DNA from: an uncultured Candidatus Marinamargulisbacteria bacterium
Lineage (GTDB): Bacteria; Margulisbacteria; Riflemargulisbacteria; GWF2-35-9
Direction: 5' to 3'
NCBI GenBank assembly: GCA_964358175.1
Contig: CAYHOI010000002.1
Location: forward strand, 1-48,216
Length of the DNA: 48,216 bases
The translations under genes and the position numbers were made by a program. The notes under the pieces are model-generated. The model saw only the letters and a list, made by a program, of their open reading frames with translations, did no database searches and was not told the origin of the DNA. This document shows, one piece after another, positions 19,601 through 29,503 of the stretch (its first letter is position 1; each line of letters starts with the position of its first letter).

Positions 19601-22600
19601 TTGAATTTGGGTAAGTGCTGAATCTGTGTACTCTTGCGCTTTCTCCAGATTTCCAAGGGCTTTGTAGTAGGAGGAATACTCGATATTGGCCATGGCAATG
19701 CCCATCCGGATGTGGGTGGTGAGCATAGCATTGCTGTGGGGGGTATCCAGTGCTTTTTGGAAACATTTTATGCTTTCTTCAATTTTCAGGATATCGAAAT
19801 CTGTGTGAGAACCCGCTAAAAGGGAATAGCCTTTTGCCACATATAAACCAGTCTTTTCTTCGGAGGGAAGCACCGAACTGCTTTCTTTAAGCAGTTTATC
19901 AACCTTGGCAACAGCCTCCTCGTATTTTTCTGCGCCTTGAAGCGCAGTTGCGGCCTCAGATTGGTTTTGTAGGCTTCCAAGAAGTGTTGTTCTGTCAGCG
20001 TCGCTTAGGTATTGTGAAGTACTATTGAGCACATGCAGATACAGCTGAAGAGAGTTTTTTTCATTTAAAGACTTGTCAAGAAGATCCGCCTGGCTGAGGG
20101 CAATACTATTTTTTAGCAGACTACAGTGATTAGCAATTTGATTTAGCATTTTTTGGAGTATGGGTAAGGTCGACTGAACCGAGTTGGCCTTCTTAAGAGT
20201 AGCAGCTCGAAGTTCTTCAGTTTGTTTCAAAAGGTTTTTTCGATCTTCGGTTGAGACCAATTCAGCAAGATTTGCACTTGTGAAAATCAAATAGGTTCTC
20301 GCAAGCCAGCTGTTTGCATGAGTACAGAATTGGCTTAAGCCATCATTCAGCATATTCCTTGTATCTATTTCGGGGATACCAGCAAAAATATCTGAGAGTT
20401 CCGAAAGAACTTTTTTGACCTTCTCTCCTTCCAGTTGGTTCATTGGCTCGAGTGATTTTTGTTTAGTCAGAAGCCCCTCTATGGTGCGCAAAGAATTTTC
20501 CGCGATGTAAGCGATGGATTGATTCCCTTTTTCAAAATGTTTGGAGTAGAGCTGGGTGATTTCGCTGTTGCCTGTCGCTGTTGAGGTAATCGATCCGAAG
20601 AGGGTCTTTGCTTCGTTAAGCTGGTTCATCCAGACACTTTCGGGAAGTCCCCTCTCAATCGAGAATGTCGCGAGTCCTTTATAGGCTTCGGCAGCATAGA
20701 ATCGTGTTTCCGGATCATTGCGGGTTGTTGTATCAACCGCTTGATAAGCCTCAATTATTTCTTTGAGATAGTTTTCTGAACGGGCTCGATGACTCAGGAA
20801 GACAGCCTCTTCTCCAGGTTTTAGATCTTCCGAAAGCTCAAGATAGCGATTGGCTAATTTGAGCTTGATCTGGAAACACTGATTCTGAAATCCTCCGAGT
20901 AGCCACATCAATTCCTCAACATTTTCTGCAGACGAGGAGGGTCTCGCCCTAGTGAACCCCTCCAATAGTGCAAGATGCTCGCCAAGCGAGTTAATTGAGG
21001 AATCCGTTGTGTCAAAATGTCTTGTGAGAATATCCTTCTGTTGCTTCCACTTCTGTTGACCATAACCAGGGAAAGTCGTGGCCTCAATGATGATTGGATT
21101 TGTTTTATCTGGAGGGGTAATAAGATCGAGTTGGCTGTGAAGTTGATAGATTCTACACCTGGCAACGACCTCCTGGCAGCTGCTTTGATCGGATTTATTT
21201 TTATCGAACTTTTCTAGAAATTTTTCATATCCGCTCAACAAGCTCTGAACATGCAACTCGTAGTCCTTTATATCTTTCTTGGAGATTAGCTCTTGATCAG
21301 CAATTTGCAACTTAAAAAAATTGAGATCATCCGCTGAGCCAGGGGTCAATCCAAGCATGTTTTCAATAAGACGAGGATTGTTTTGAGCGAATATCATAAA
21401 CGCATCATTGCCAAGGTATTTCCCATCCAATGTTGCCAGAAGATCGTGGATATCTGTAAAATTTTGTGGATACCAGTCCTTATCACTACTCTTATCCAAG
21501 TGTAGAATTTTATGTAATTTGACGTTTTCTTTATTCGGGAGTCGTGCGATAGCTTTTTTGCTGAACGTGTTGTAGGCAGACAGAACAATCAGCTGAAGAC
21601 GAGCTTCAATATATTGCCGCTCTTTATCTAAATGGGTCTCGAGAAGCCCTGTTTTATTTTTTATATCTTTAAAAGCTACCGAGCAATCTTCTACCGCATG
21701 AAGTGCGTGTGAAATGCTTTCTGGAATGATATGGCTGGCTATACTGTATCCCACAGAGTATTTGTAACGTGTAAGTGATGAGAGAAGCGATTGTGCCAGA
21801 GTGCGACTGGGGGTATTCGTGACAGATTGCTGAAGTCGGGCGCTCTCGCCGGATACCTCCAGTTTGGTGAGGACATTCAGGTGCGCTTTAAGCAACCTTT
21901 CGGATAGCATAATGGTAATATTATTGTCTGTATCGCCAAGACAATAGCTCCGTTGATGATTCTCTTTTTGGGAGGTTTCCCTGTAGTTGCCCAATATTTC
22001 CTTCAACGTTATGGCCATCGTTGGGTTTTTGTAAAAATCCTGGATACGAATGTATCCCAGAACGAGGCGTAACTTCGCATTGTGGTTCGGCTCGATTTGT
22101 ATGAAGTGTCTTGTTGGGGTGATTTCCTGAAGGGTACTTTCAATTAATTTCTTTGCTTCCTCCATTTTGGGAGGCACAAGGTTTATGAGCGTCTCTGCGA
22201 GTTTCGAGATGATATCCAATCGATACTCCTGGACAACGGCTTCAATGGTTCCGCTGGGAAGATCTTTGCGGTCGATAAAAAGAAGGAGATCTTTATATGT
22301 TTTTTCCGCCTCACTTCGGGTTTCGAGGCGACTTGCAGAGTAGTCCGCATAGGTTAATCTGTAAAAAAAACGCAACAGTAGATTGTTGTTTTTGTTGCCC
22401 TTATACCCTAAGCAGGCTATACTTTTTTTTACATCCGCCATATAACAGCCTATCAGAAGATCATTGATGTACTCGTTTCCTTGCATGAGCCTGTTATAAA
22501 ATGATCGAAACTCCTCTATGACGACAGAGTCAGTCGAAATTTGAGCCAACCAGGCAGCTAGAAGTTCATCTTGCTTTTTTGTGATTAGCGGTTCACCAGG

Positions 22601-23257
22601 AGAGAAATCATAGAAATAATTGATAACGCCCATAATCAGACTAGGCCTATAGAGTGGCTTTTTTTTGAACAGAACAGGTGCTTCCGTGGAGGCTAAAGAC
22701 TCTATTTTTTGTGTGAGCAAGGTCTGGTAAATACATTGTGGACTCAGGGGTACGGATTCGTGAGAGGCGTATGGAGCGAAGGCTTTCTCAAGCTGGATAA
22801 GCAATCCGATTTCCTTGGCGTGATCAAATATCCTGCGATCGGGTTCCGTGATCGTCTGGATAAGGAGACCCTTGACTTGTTGATAGGCCTTCATTGACAA
22901 GCTGAAGTGTTCTCTGGCGATCCCGAATTCGATGTATCCGTCCTTAAGCTCGAGTAATGTTTGGGCGAACGCGCATCGAGCACTTGGCCTTTCGTCCCAA
23001 TGTCTGGAAGAGGTCATCAGCAGGCTATTCGTCATCAGAGAACTGATGGTGATTCTCGCGGCCGGATTTTTTGCGACATCCTCCTCCTTAAGGCTGGGTA
23101 ATCGATAATAGGCTTTGAGGTCTTCCATCAGCTCGGGATATTGTTCGGAAAACTCTTGAAATTCTTTTCCAGTGAACTTGAATCCTCCCATGTTGGTAAG
23201 CACCGTGGAGGGAGTAATCTTGGTGGCAGCAGGCTGTATTGTCGAAATAGTAGACAT
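16652..23257 (-). CDS. Giant protein B, 2201 aa, unknown function, predominantly alpha-helical with TPR-like segments
   Basis: Uninterrupted 6.6-kb ORF. Its ATG lies 2 nt after the TAA of gene C. TPR-like helical-hairpin stretches include YYKALGNLEKAQEYTDSALTQ, AEAYKGLATFSIERG, LDEARLLYGEIIKN, KYDEANKLFMVLKDEL and FYEEALVEAKSFMKQ. Confidence 0.88.
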   Translation of the reverse strand: MSTISTIQPAATKITPSTVLTNMGGFKFTGKEFQEFSEQYPELMEDLKAYYRLPSLKEEDVAKNPAARITISSLMTNSLLMTSSRHWDERPSARCAFAQTLLELKDGYIEFGIAREHFSLSMKAYQQVKGLLIQTITEPDRRIFDHAKEIGLLIQLEKAFAPYASHESVPLSPQCIYQTLLTQKIESLASTEAPVLFKKKPLYRPSLIMGVINYFYDFSPGEPLITKKQDELLAAWLAQISTDSVVIEEFRSFYNRLMQGNEYINDLLIGCYMADVKKSIACLGYKGNKNNNLLLRFFYRLTYADYSASRLETRSEAEKTYKDLLLFIDRKDLPSGTIEAVVQEYRLDIISKLAETLINLVPPKMEEAKKLIESTLQEITPTRHFIQIEPNHNAKLRLVLGYIRIQDFYKNPTMAITLKEILGNYRETSQKENHQRSYCLGDTDNNITIMLSERLLKAHLNVLTKLEVSGESARLQQSVTNTPSRTLAQSLLSSLTRYKYSVGYSIASHIIPESISHALHAVEDCSVAFKDIKNKTGLLETHLDKERQYIEARLQLIVLSAYNTFSKKAIARLPNKENVKLHKILHLDKSSDKDWYPQNFTDIHDLLATLDGKYLGNDAFMIFAQNNPRLIENMLGLTPGSADDLNFFKLQIADQELISKKDIKDYELHVQSLLSGYEKFLEKFDKNKSDQSSCQEVVARCRIYQLHSQLDLITPPDKTNPIIIEATTFPGYGQQKWKQQKDILTRHFDTTDSSINSLGEHLALLEGFTRARPSSSAENVEELMWLLGGFQNQCFQIKLKLANRYLELSEDLKPGEEAVFLSHRARSENYLKEIIEAYQAVDTTTRNDPETRFYAAEAYKGLATFSIERGLPESVWMNQLNEAKTLFGSITSTATGNSEITQLYSKHFEKGNQSIAYIAENSLRTIEGLLTKQKSLEPMNQLEGEKVKKVLSELSDIFAGIPEIDTRNMLNDGLSQFCTHANSWLARTYLIFTSANLAELVSTEDRKNLLKQTEELRAATLKKANSVQSTLPILQKMLNQIANHCSLLKNSIALSQADLLDKSLNEKNSLQLYLHVLNSTSQYLSDADRTTLLGSLQNQSEAATALQGAEKYEEAVAKVDKLLKESSSVLPSEEKTGLYVAKGYSLLAGSHTDFDILKIEESIKCFQKALDTPHSNAMLTTHIRMGIAMANIEYSSYYKALGNLEKAQEYTDSALTQIQSILVNPEIFHAQRAQAYFLKASVLNQSPLNEKILLAKQSAIAGLKELNELQEHQIDFDRKLCYSGLFQLIASLHKMDSDDSIDDALALAELLRPGKKDKVPDSGHITDSSVMEVVPFVASISAQDHGLSKDKGVLFKQQADQLEHLYQYTLATDKLHRTNQYKGIKIHGQVYRPYSGETQADIELRSATIIGKESQLAIAQHDPNSDFSTKNTLLKTIKLLQSISYSHPRINDQSTQILILALLSLWETGEKIDEHDELIVNGQKIQSSQELLDNMIALIQAELPNASAYIKVEYQLTLASLFTRLDRLDEARLLYGEIIKNTAPEVEKAKDPDIRVRYLIQLNWARIGLGGLYSAKAETTENGIVFRQADVLFHDILDSIEHEKNDSPGFKTQAVAAYTSLCQLYGKIEQADSKRASERFLENSMELLIDRKYSDYAQLARLLPLASQQSAYSGEAYDQTVIKGKMGTSPVTFTKETFEADMFRGAMEKRMLEFDKAWETYQSVREYILYELVKSDGTVISAGDYREYFSSSLAQVDIEIQQGNLTKATEMLSEIGLPPDRKDSKEWQNLKRVVDQTVTLYRSRIFMANQQTGKAVNWMKASNPLLATITEACVHFMDDPDVLKTLLDAGDAQLQTQINQTREDIKNDILSNRRETLLLTIESLLNMATLQQEMGNLSSAKKLLEVVTAFITKQNKNAQLVLQGTELDSIYLASLLQKSNLEKACGNIQEAESTVTLLLQEFSNRKCENWDLRIAALISGSSIFLASGQELDVQSALGVLTQGLYLNAETFRIETPEDLAVNYNLALQQHRFDILLAYGQILLLTQKYDEANKLFMVLKDELVAYHLEETSRLNHSRELFQALLNYAKSLLKDKNSLTTEREEKIEEALQALDVLDTLIAKTKTQNNNIYLNEYREAHIDFKEMKGNLEAQRGKLDAPIGFYEEALVEAKSFMKQTGNKDSAHRKRIIRLEQNIKRLKEKR

Positions 23258-23259
23258 AA

Positions 23260-26200
23260 TTAGTTCTGTCCTTTCGGGAGGTGGAGCCTTAGCTCTGGTG
23301 ATTCAATCGTAAATAAATTTTCCACTAGGCTATTTTTTGGGGCATGAAGGATAGCGGACAAAGCAGTGAGTGGTGGCGCATAGGTCGTAGTTCTGCCGAC
23401 CACCTTCGAGATCTGAGAATATACTTGATAAGGAATGAATGAGTGAAACCCCTGCAACAAAGGATTGTTAGGAAAAGCTTCTTTTTCGCGTTCTCGTTCA
23501 ACCAGCAAACAGTTGTTCTCTTTGAGGTCTCTATCCGCTTGATCAAGAACTTTCCCGAGGAAGACCTTGATGTCTGGATACAGGGGATCGTTGGGATCGG
23601 TATTGGCAAGGTTCAAGAGCAAATTGTATCCCGGATATCCTTGATGAGGTGCAGCACCTGGACTGAAGGAGTATTGCTCGATTCCACCAGGGCAATTTGG
23701 AATGTCAACCCATAGCTTTCCGATATAACTTACAACAAGATTTTCCGGATCCCAAGAAAGGGTTCCATCTTTTGCAACCTGCACCTGAAGCCAGTCCGGA
23801 ATTTTTTTCTTTTCCGAGAAGAGAGTGTCCAAGAGGTGGAGTGCACTTGTGGCTTTTTCGTCCCAGTAGGCTTTATTTTCGCTGTCAATCAGTCCACAGT
23901 CATGGAGTAGCTGGATATCCAATGCCGTGACGTCGAGGGATATATCTTCGTGCATCGGGGATTGTTCCATATCAATCACGTTTTTGAGGAGCATTCTGGC
24001 CTCATCCATTTTCCCGCTTTTCCATAATGCGCGTGCAAAGACCAGTGTGGCATGCACATCAGCTTTCTTTCCTGCCAGCTCATAGTTTGACTCATTCAGG
24101 TTCTGTGGTTCTCCGGCAAAGTTGATAAGCTGAGCTGGCAAACCATTCTCGCCTTTGCTTAGCAGGTACTGAAACGTATTGTAGTATCTGTCAAAGAGGG
24201 AGCGATCTCCCGTTTTTATAGCCTCATCCATAATTTCGGCAATGTGAATGGAGTGAATGAAATGGGTCTCATCCGGATTGTACAGTGCGATGACGAAGAT
24301 GCTGTTGTGGTTGTTGGGATGGAGCAAATGCTGGTAAGGCAGGATATGGAGTTCGAGAGGAGTTGGGCGTTCTCCTTGAAGAGACACTTCATCATTGCTC
24401 GCAAGAAGCTGAAATAGTTCTTGGTCGTGAAGGTGACGCTCAATCTGACCAAGATTAATTAGGTTATCTGAATGAGCACAACCTTTGATCCACTCAGACC
24501 TGAAAATATCCTGATTGTTTCTCAGCAATTCTACGTAGAAATTGTTTGACTTTCCTTGCTGTGAATGGGTCGGATTGTTCCTATACATGATGGCGTAAAT
24601 ATCGCTTGCAATTTCGGTGAAATAGTCAACTTTCCCCTTGAGAGCACTTTTGACATCAGGGGCTAAGTCACTATCCTTTAAATATGTCGTATACAAATTG
24701 TAAAGCGAGCTGATCTGATCCAGTATCGCTAGGGAATAGCTGAAAAGCAGAACCTTGTCATCCTTGTTGGAGATTTTCATCTTGGACAGATCTTCTGTGA
24801 GTTCATTCCTTGCTGAAAAGTAGAGGAGAAGGTTATGGTCTAAAAGAGAAGAAGTGATGGCGAACATTTCTTCCATCGCAGGGAGAAGAGCTTCTTCTTT
24901 CGCCTTATGATTCGCAATTGATTCCGTTTCCTGTCGAAGAAGTTCTAATGAAAGGTTGGCATGAAAAAAATTGGCCCAAAAATATTGGCTGTAATTTGTT
25001 AATTCTGAGTCATGAATCGGAGCCAGATATGTGTTGATGAGTCTTAGCGCGATTTGTTTGTCCTGATCACTTTGAGAATAGGCCAGGAATAGAGCCTTCA
25101 AGAAGTACAATTGAGGCACATCCGGCAGATTCCGAATAACATCGTTTAGTAGCCCTTGAATAGAATTTTCAATAAGCACATTTTGTGGCAGGCTGTTGCG
25201 AATACTGGTTAATTCGCTGGTTGCCGTCCTCTTGAAAAGCATGGATTTCTGATAGAGATTATCAATCGTAATATGTTCATTATTGAGTTGCTCTTTCGAA
25301 AGGTTTTCTTGCCTCAAGGAGAAAAGTCTCAGCGCACCACGTTCACTGTTAGTTAGTGGCATAAGATAGCTTGTGCCACTGAGTGTTACAGAATTATTGG
25401 GTTCAATAGTTACAGGGATGTTTGCCAAAATCGCTGTAAACATAAATGCTTTGCTCCTGCAACCGCTTGTGACATCTCCCGTAACCCCCATGCTTTTTGA
25501 ACAATGCAGATAGGCTTGAATGATAAGTGGTAGCCATTTGGAATACATGAGAAGACTGTTGTCAGGTGTCCAAAAGTTTTCTTCATCGACTTGAAGCAAT
25601 TCTTGAATCAGCAATTGCCAATTTGCCAACGTATCCAGATTTTCATCTCGGACAAGAGCATCAAATCGAATTTGAAAACTTTTGAGATTCATTTCCAATT
25701 GATCTTTATCCCGCCTTTTTGAGGTGGTGTTGTTTCTCAAAATACCACGGGAATCAAGTGTATACTGATTTGCCAGCCTTCTTAGAGTAGCCGGTCGGTC
25801 TTTAAGCTCATCTGTTTCTGCTGTAAGCTGATTGTATTTTCTGAGGAGGGACCCATAACTCTTCTGTGCCTGGTACATTTGCGCAAAGGTTTTCGCCCGA
25901 TCTACCCCGTGATACCCCTGGCAGCTAGAGGGGGTCAGTGCAATCAATTGGGCATAAGTTAATGCCAGATCGTGTTCTTTCTGGAGCTGGTTCTTTTTCG
26001 TACTGTCTGGAATCATATCCCTGATATCCTTAATAATGCGAGCTTTTTCGGCATAGGCCTCTGTTAGCCGGCGAAAGCCTTCGGAGAAAAACTCATAGTG
26101 ATTTAGCATATCGGCATAGGTATTGACAGCATAGATTTCGCGATTAAAATTGGAAACATATACAACGAGTTTCTTGTTTTTATCTTCTAGGTCACAGACA

Positions 26201-29200
26201 CCAAGGCTAATTCCTCCTTCTCCAAGAATATCGTTGATAACGGAAGTGAGTATCTCGTTTTTCTCTGCCCCTAACGTCCAAAGGAGAAAGATCGCTGCCA
26301 TACGTTTTTCTTCTTTGACATTGGAATCCAGCGCGATCTTTTTGAGTTGCTCAGGGGTAGTATTATTTTCACGCTGTATCGTCGCAATCTCACTTGCGAA
26401 GAGTTGGTTGTGTCGAGTGGAAATAAGCTCCTTATTTGGTTTTTCGTTGAGCCAGTTTTGCCGGTTATTCAGGGAATGTTCCAGTTCGCTAATGGATCGG
26501 GAGATATTTTGGTATTGGGTCGATAGACTTGAATTGATCTGAATCGGGATTGTTCCGATATGGAATTCGGCGCAGACAGGATCTTGCAGAGGCACAGTAC
26601 GAGATTGAGCCAAGGCTGTAAACAACGTCCCTCTCAGCAGGAGCAAATCCGCATCATTCTCAGGCACAAGAAGCCCTGTTTTTCTGATAAAATCAATATC
26701 TGTCCCCAGTTGATCTTTATCGAGAAGTTTTTTGAGAGCCTCAACTCCTTGGAGACTATGTTCATCTGAAGGAAGATAATGAGTTAGCTTTTTTTGTTCA
26801 TCAGCCAACAGTTTCTTGTCAACATCTTGATAAGGATCCAGCCCGAGGGCTTTGTTGCAATAGTAGAGTGCCAGCTGATGGAGGTTAACATGATCGAGAT
26901 AATGGGTTAATTCCGAAATCCATAGGATGAATTGTTCCGCACGAACATAAACTTGTTTTTCTCGTCCCATAAGATGCCAGTCTGCGTGCCACTCCTCAAA
27001 GTTATCGTGATCTCTATATAAATTCTTCGAGGAGTTCGTATAGCGGTCAAACAGAATTTCTCGGCAAGCGACCAGCTGAGAGAAAACCTTGTAGTGTTCC
27101 TCGGTCGGAGAACTGGTGCCGATATTTTCTTTTAGTTTTCGAAGTGAGCGAACCAACGTCAACCGAAGATACACGTTTGTCTCTTTGCTTTCCCCGAAGA
27201 TATCGGGACGATCCAGTAAGGCTGTAATGATACTTGGCATGTCATCATAACGATGAAGCGATGAGAGTTCACCTTCCAGAAACCCAATGACCTTGAGAAT
27301 AAGTCCCGCCGTAACATTGACCTTATCCTCCAAGCGAGTAAAGGAGAGAAGATCCAGTTCTTCCAGACATGCACTGACGACTTGCTCGGTCAAATGCAGT
27401 TTTGCATCACGCACCAAGACATTATTAAAGTAACTGGCCAAAGAGTATTTCGCGCGAATAGGATCCTTTTTTCCGTCAATGTTTTCAGGCAGAGGAGTCC
27501 ATAAATTGACAAGAAACCACCAGCATTTTCCGATCCGAGATGAAGTTTCAACATAATTTTCTGATGAACCCGCTTGAATAAAAAAGTCAGAGGCATTCCT
27601 CATCTTCAAGACATTAAGTTGTTTTTTATATTTATCAGGGATAATGATATTTTCGGCATGCAAACATTTGAAGTTTTGAGAAAATTCCATGAGATGGTAA
27701 GCCAAGGGGGTTAGCGATCCTTTTTCAAGCGATGCGTACAGAAGCGTTGCGATATCCGTAGGCAAATAAGCGATATAGTCTATGGCTGTCTGAATAATAG
27801 CCTCAGCTGGACTATGTGGATTCTCCATTAGTGTGAACAAGTCGCTACGTAGAGTGTTTACATTACGCCCTTGCAATATCGGACTCGAAGTATCTTCCCA
27901 AGAGGGGAAGATACTTCTGGCATTTTTATCGTCACTTGACAGAGGCATCGGCTTTAATTGAGGAGCACCGAGACTTGGAAGTACTTTAAATAATAACAGG
28001 GTGGCTTGGAAGTCCGGCTTGGTTGTTATGCTTTCTTTCCCGTAAACTGCGGGACTTGTATTGCTGGCTGTTTTAAGAACCATTAAATCTTTAAGTTTTT
28101 TTTCATATTCTTGTTGCTTGGGCTTATTATCTAGGCACTTGTAATAGGCATAGTTTACAAAGCATACAATTTTTTCGCTGATACTGGTTGGTAGATATGG
28201 AAAATATTTCTTCAAATTTTCTGGGGTGGGATCCATTTTAAACCGCTCATCCTGAGTGACCAACTCTTTGAGGAAGGCAATGGCTCGATTCTTTAGTTGA
28301 TAGGTTTCCTCAAGAGGGCTACCATCAAGAGAGCTATCATCGAAGAGTGCCGTTTGCGCGATCTCGAGATAGAACATGCTACCATCCCTTCCTTCTCTAA
28401 AAAGTTTGTTTCGAAGGAGTTTATCCTCGCCAATAACAAGTTTGTTCTGTCCCGAGCTAATCTGACATTGATCTGGGATAAAGCCGTTTTCGCGATAAGC
28501 TTGTGTGCCGACATCAAACAGATTCTTTCGGATTTCAAGCCAACTTTTCTGATTGGCTTTATCAAATAAGCCCAATTCCAGCAACATGTCATTTCGGAAG
28601 GTAGCTAGGGTCACCGTGAGACGACCCTGTGCTTTTTGAGAGGGGTAAAATTGTCCCATCTGATCCAGGGTTTGAAGATCTTCTGAAAAGGTGAGATAGA
28701 GTTTCCCATCGAGTTCCTTGAAGTATTTCGCTTTAGCCTTGCTCAGATAAAAGCTTTCGAGATCTATGAAAAAATCGCGGGGATTTTTGTCAGCGATATT
28801 AGATGCCAACTTTGGTGGGAGTAATACCAACAAGTCGGATCGCTCCTTAGGTGAGAGTGCTAAATCCCCTCTCATTGCGAAGCGCAGTCCGGCCTGAATA
28901 GCCACAAAATCCGCGACCGCATCAGAGTTTCGGTTAACGCCTGGCGCAGCGGTGAGTTGACCTTTGTAGTTTAGGAAAGAAACACTTGAGGCTAAATTGT
29001 TTACCCCGACTTCTTCGGAGATATTTGGATCAGAGAGATGACAAAGATACCCGGCTATGAGAGATTTGAACAAAGGTTGACTAGCTGGATCATCAATTTC
29101 TGAGAGTACAATTTGAAGCTCGGCTCCATGTCTGGTGTCAAATTCGCCAAGTCCGAAGGGATCCTTTTTGGAATCAGGCATCCGAAATCCACTCTCGGAA

Positions 29201-29472
29201 TCCTGGAAGATGATATTGCCATTTGCTGGCAGACTTGTTGCTTTTTTTGTCAAATCGATCCTAGATCCAACTCTCGAAGGATCATGAATCAGGCATGGTG
29301 AAATAACATTATTCTCGAATGGATACTGTGTATAAGTGAGAATAAAGGGTTCGAGCGGAAGCTCTATTCCAGAGACCTTGATAGGAGGTGTCTCTGGCGA
29401 AACACTGATTGTCGCAGAATCGCTTCTCTGCGTTTTAATCAAAGACCCAAAAAGACTAAATCGAACGCTCAT
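23260..29472 (-). CDS. Giant protein C, 2070 aa, unknown function, mostly helical
   Basis: Uninterrupted 6.2-kb ORF with a single possible ATG at the ORF head. There is no SD and no hydrophobic signal peptide (MSVRFSLFGSLIKTQRSD...). I recognised no family motif. Confidence 0.88.
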   Translation of the reverse strand: MSVRFSLFGSLIKTQRSDSATISVSPETPPIKVSGIELPLEPFILTYTQYPFENNVISPCLIHDPSRVGSRIDLTKKATSLPANGNIIFQDSESGFRMPDSKKDPFGLGEFDTRHGAELQIVLSEIDDPASQPLFKSLIAGYLCHLSDPNISEEVGVNNLASSVSFLNYKGQLTAAPGVNRNSDAVADFVAIQAGLRFAMRGDLALSPKERSDLLVLLPPKLASNIADKNPRDFFIDLESFYLSKAKAKYFKELDGKLYLTFSEDLQTLDQMGQFYPSQKAQGRLTVTLATFRNDMLLELGLFDKANQKSWLEIRKNLFDVGTQAYRENGFIPDQCQISSGQNKLVIGEDKLLRNKLFREGRDGSMFYLEIAQTALFDDSSLDGSPLEETYQLKNRAIAFLKELVTQDERFKMDPTPENLKKYFPYLPTSISEKIVCFVNYAYYKCLDNKPKQQEYEKKLKDLMVLKTASNTSPAVYGKESITTKPDFQATLLLFKVLPSLGAPQLKPMPLSSDDKNARSIFPSWEDTSSPILQGRNVNTLRSDLFTLMENPHSPAEAIIQTAIDYIAYLPTDIATLLYASLEKGSLTPLAYHLMEFSQNFKCLHAENIIIPDKYKKQLNVLKMRNASDFFIQAGSSENYVETSSRIGKCWWFLVNLWTPLPENIDGKKDPIRAKYSLASYFNNVLVRDAKLHLTEQVVSACLEELDLLSFTRLEDKVNVTAGLILKVIGFLEGELSSLHRYDDMPSIITALLDRPDIFGESKETNVYLRLTLVRSLRKLKENIGTSSPTEEHYKVFSQLVACREILFDRYTNSSKNLYRDHDNFEEWHADWHLMGREKQVYVRAEQFILWISELTHYLDHVNLHQLALYYCNKALGLDPYQDVDKKLLADEQKKLTHYLPSDEHSLQGVEALKKLLDKDQLGTDIDFIRKTGLLVPENDADLLLLRGTLFTALAQSRTVPLQDPVCAEFHIGTIPIQINSSLSTQYQNISRSISELEHSLNNRQNWLNEKPNKELISTRHNQLFASEIATIQRENNTTPEQLKKIALDSNVKEEKRMAAIFLLWTLGAEKNEILTSVINDILGEGGISLGVCDLEDKNKKLVVYVSNFNREIYAVNTYADMLNHYEFFSEGFRRLTEAYAEKARIIKDIRDMIPDSTKKNQLQKEHDLALTYAQLIALTPSSCQGYHGVDRAKTFAQMYQAQKSYGSLLRKYNQLTAETDELKDRPATLRRLANQYTLDSRGILRNNTTSKRRDKDQLEMNLKSFQIRFDALVRDENLDTLANWQLLIQELLQVDEENFWTPDNSLLMYSKWLPLIIQAYLHCSKSMGVTGDVTSGCRSKAFMFTAILANIPVTIEPNNSVTLSGTSYLMPLTNSERGALRLFSLRQENLSKEQLNNEHITIDNLYQKSMLFKRTATSELTSIRNSLPQNVLIENSIQGLLNDVIRNLPDVPQLYFLKALFLAYSQSDQDKQIALRLINTYLAPIHDSELTNYSQYFWANFFHANLSLELLRQETESIANHKAKEEALLPAMEEMFAITSSLLDHNLLLYFSARNELTEDLSKMKISNKDDKVLLFSYSLAILDQISSLYNLYTTYLKDSDLAPDVKSALKGKVDYFTEIASDIYAIMYRNNPTHSQQGKSNNFYVELLRNNQDIFRSEWIKGCAHSDNLINLGQIERHLHDQELFQLLASNDEVSLQGERPTPLELHILPYQHLLHPNNHNSIFVIALYNPDETHFIHSIHIAEIMDEAIKTGDRSLFDRYYNTFQYLLSKGENGLPAQLINFAGEPQNLNESNYELAGKKADVHATLVFARALWKSGKMDEARMLLKNVIDMEQSPMHEDISLDVTALDIQLLHDCGLIDSENKAYWDEKATSALHLLDTLFSEKKKIPDWLQVQVAKDGTLSWDPENLVVSYIGKLWVDIPNCPGGIEQYSFSPGAAPHQGYPGYNLLLNLANTDPNDPLYPDIKVFLGKVLDQADRDLKENNCLLVEREREKEAFPNNPLLQGFHSFIPYQVYSQISKVVGRTTTYAPPLTALSAILHAPKNSLVENLFTIESPELRLHLPKGQN

Positions 29473-29503
29473 ATTAAGTTATCGTACAGAAATTTGAAAA
29501 ATT

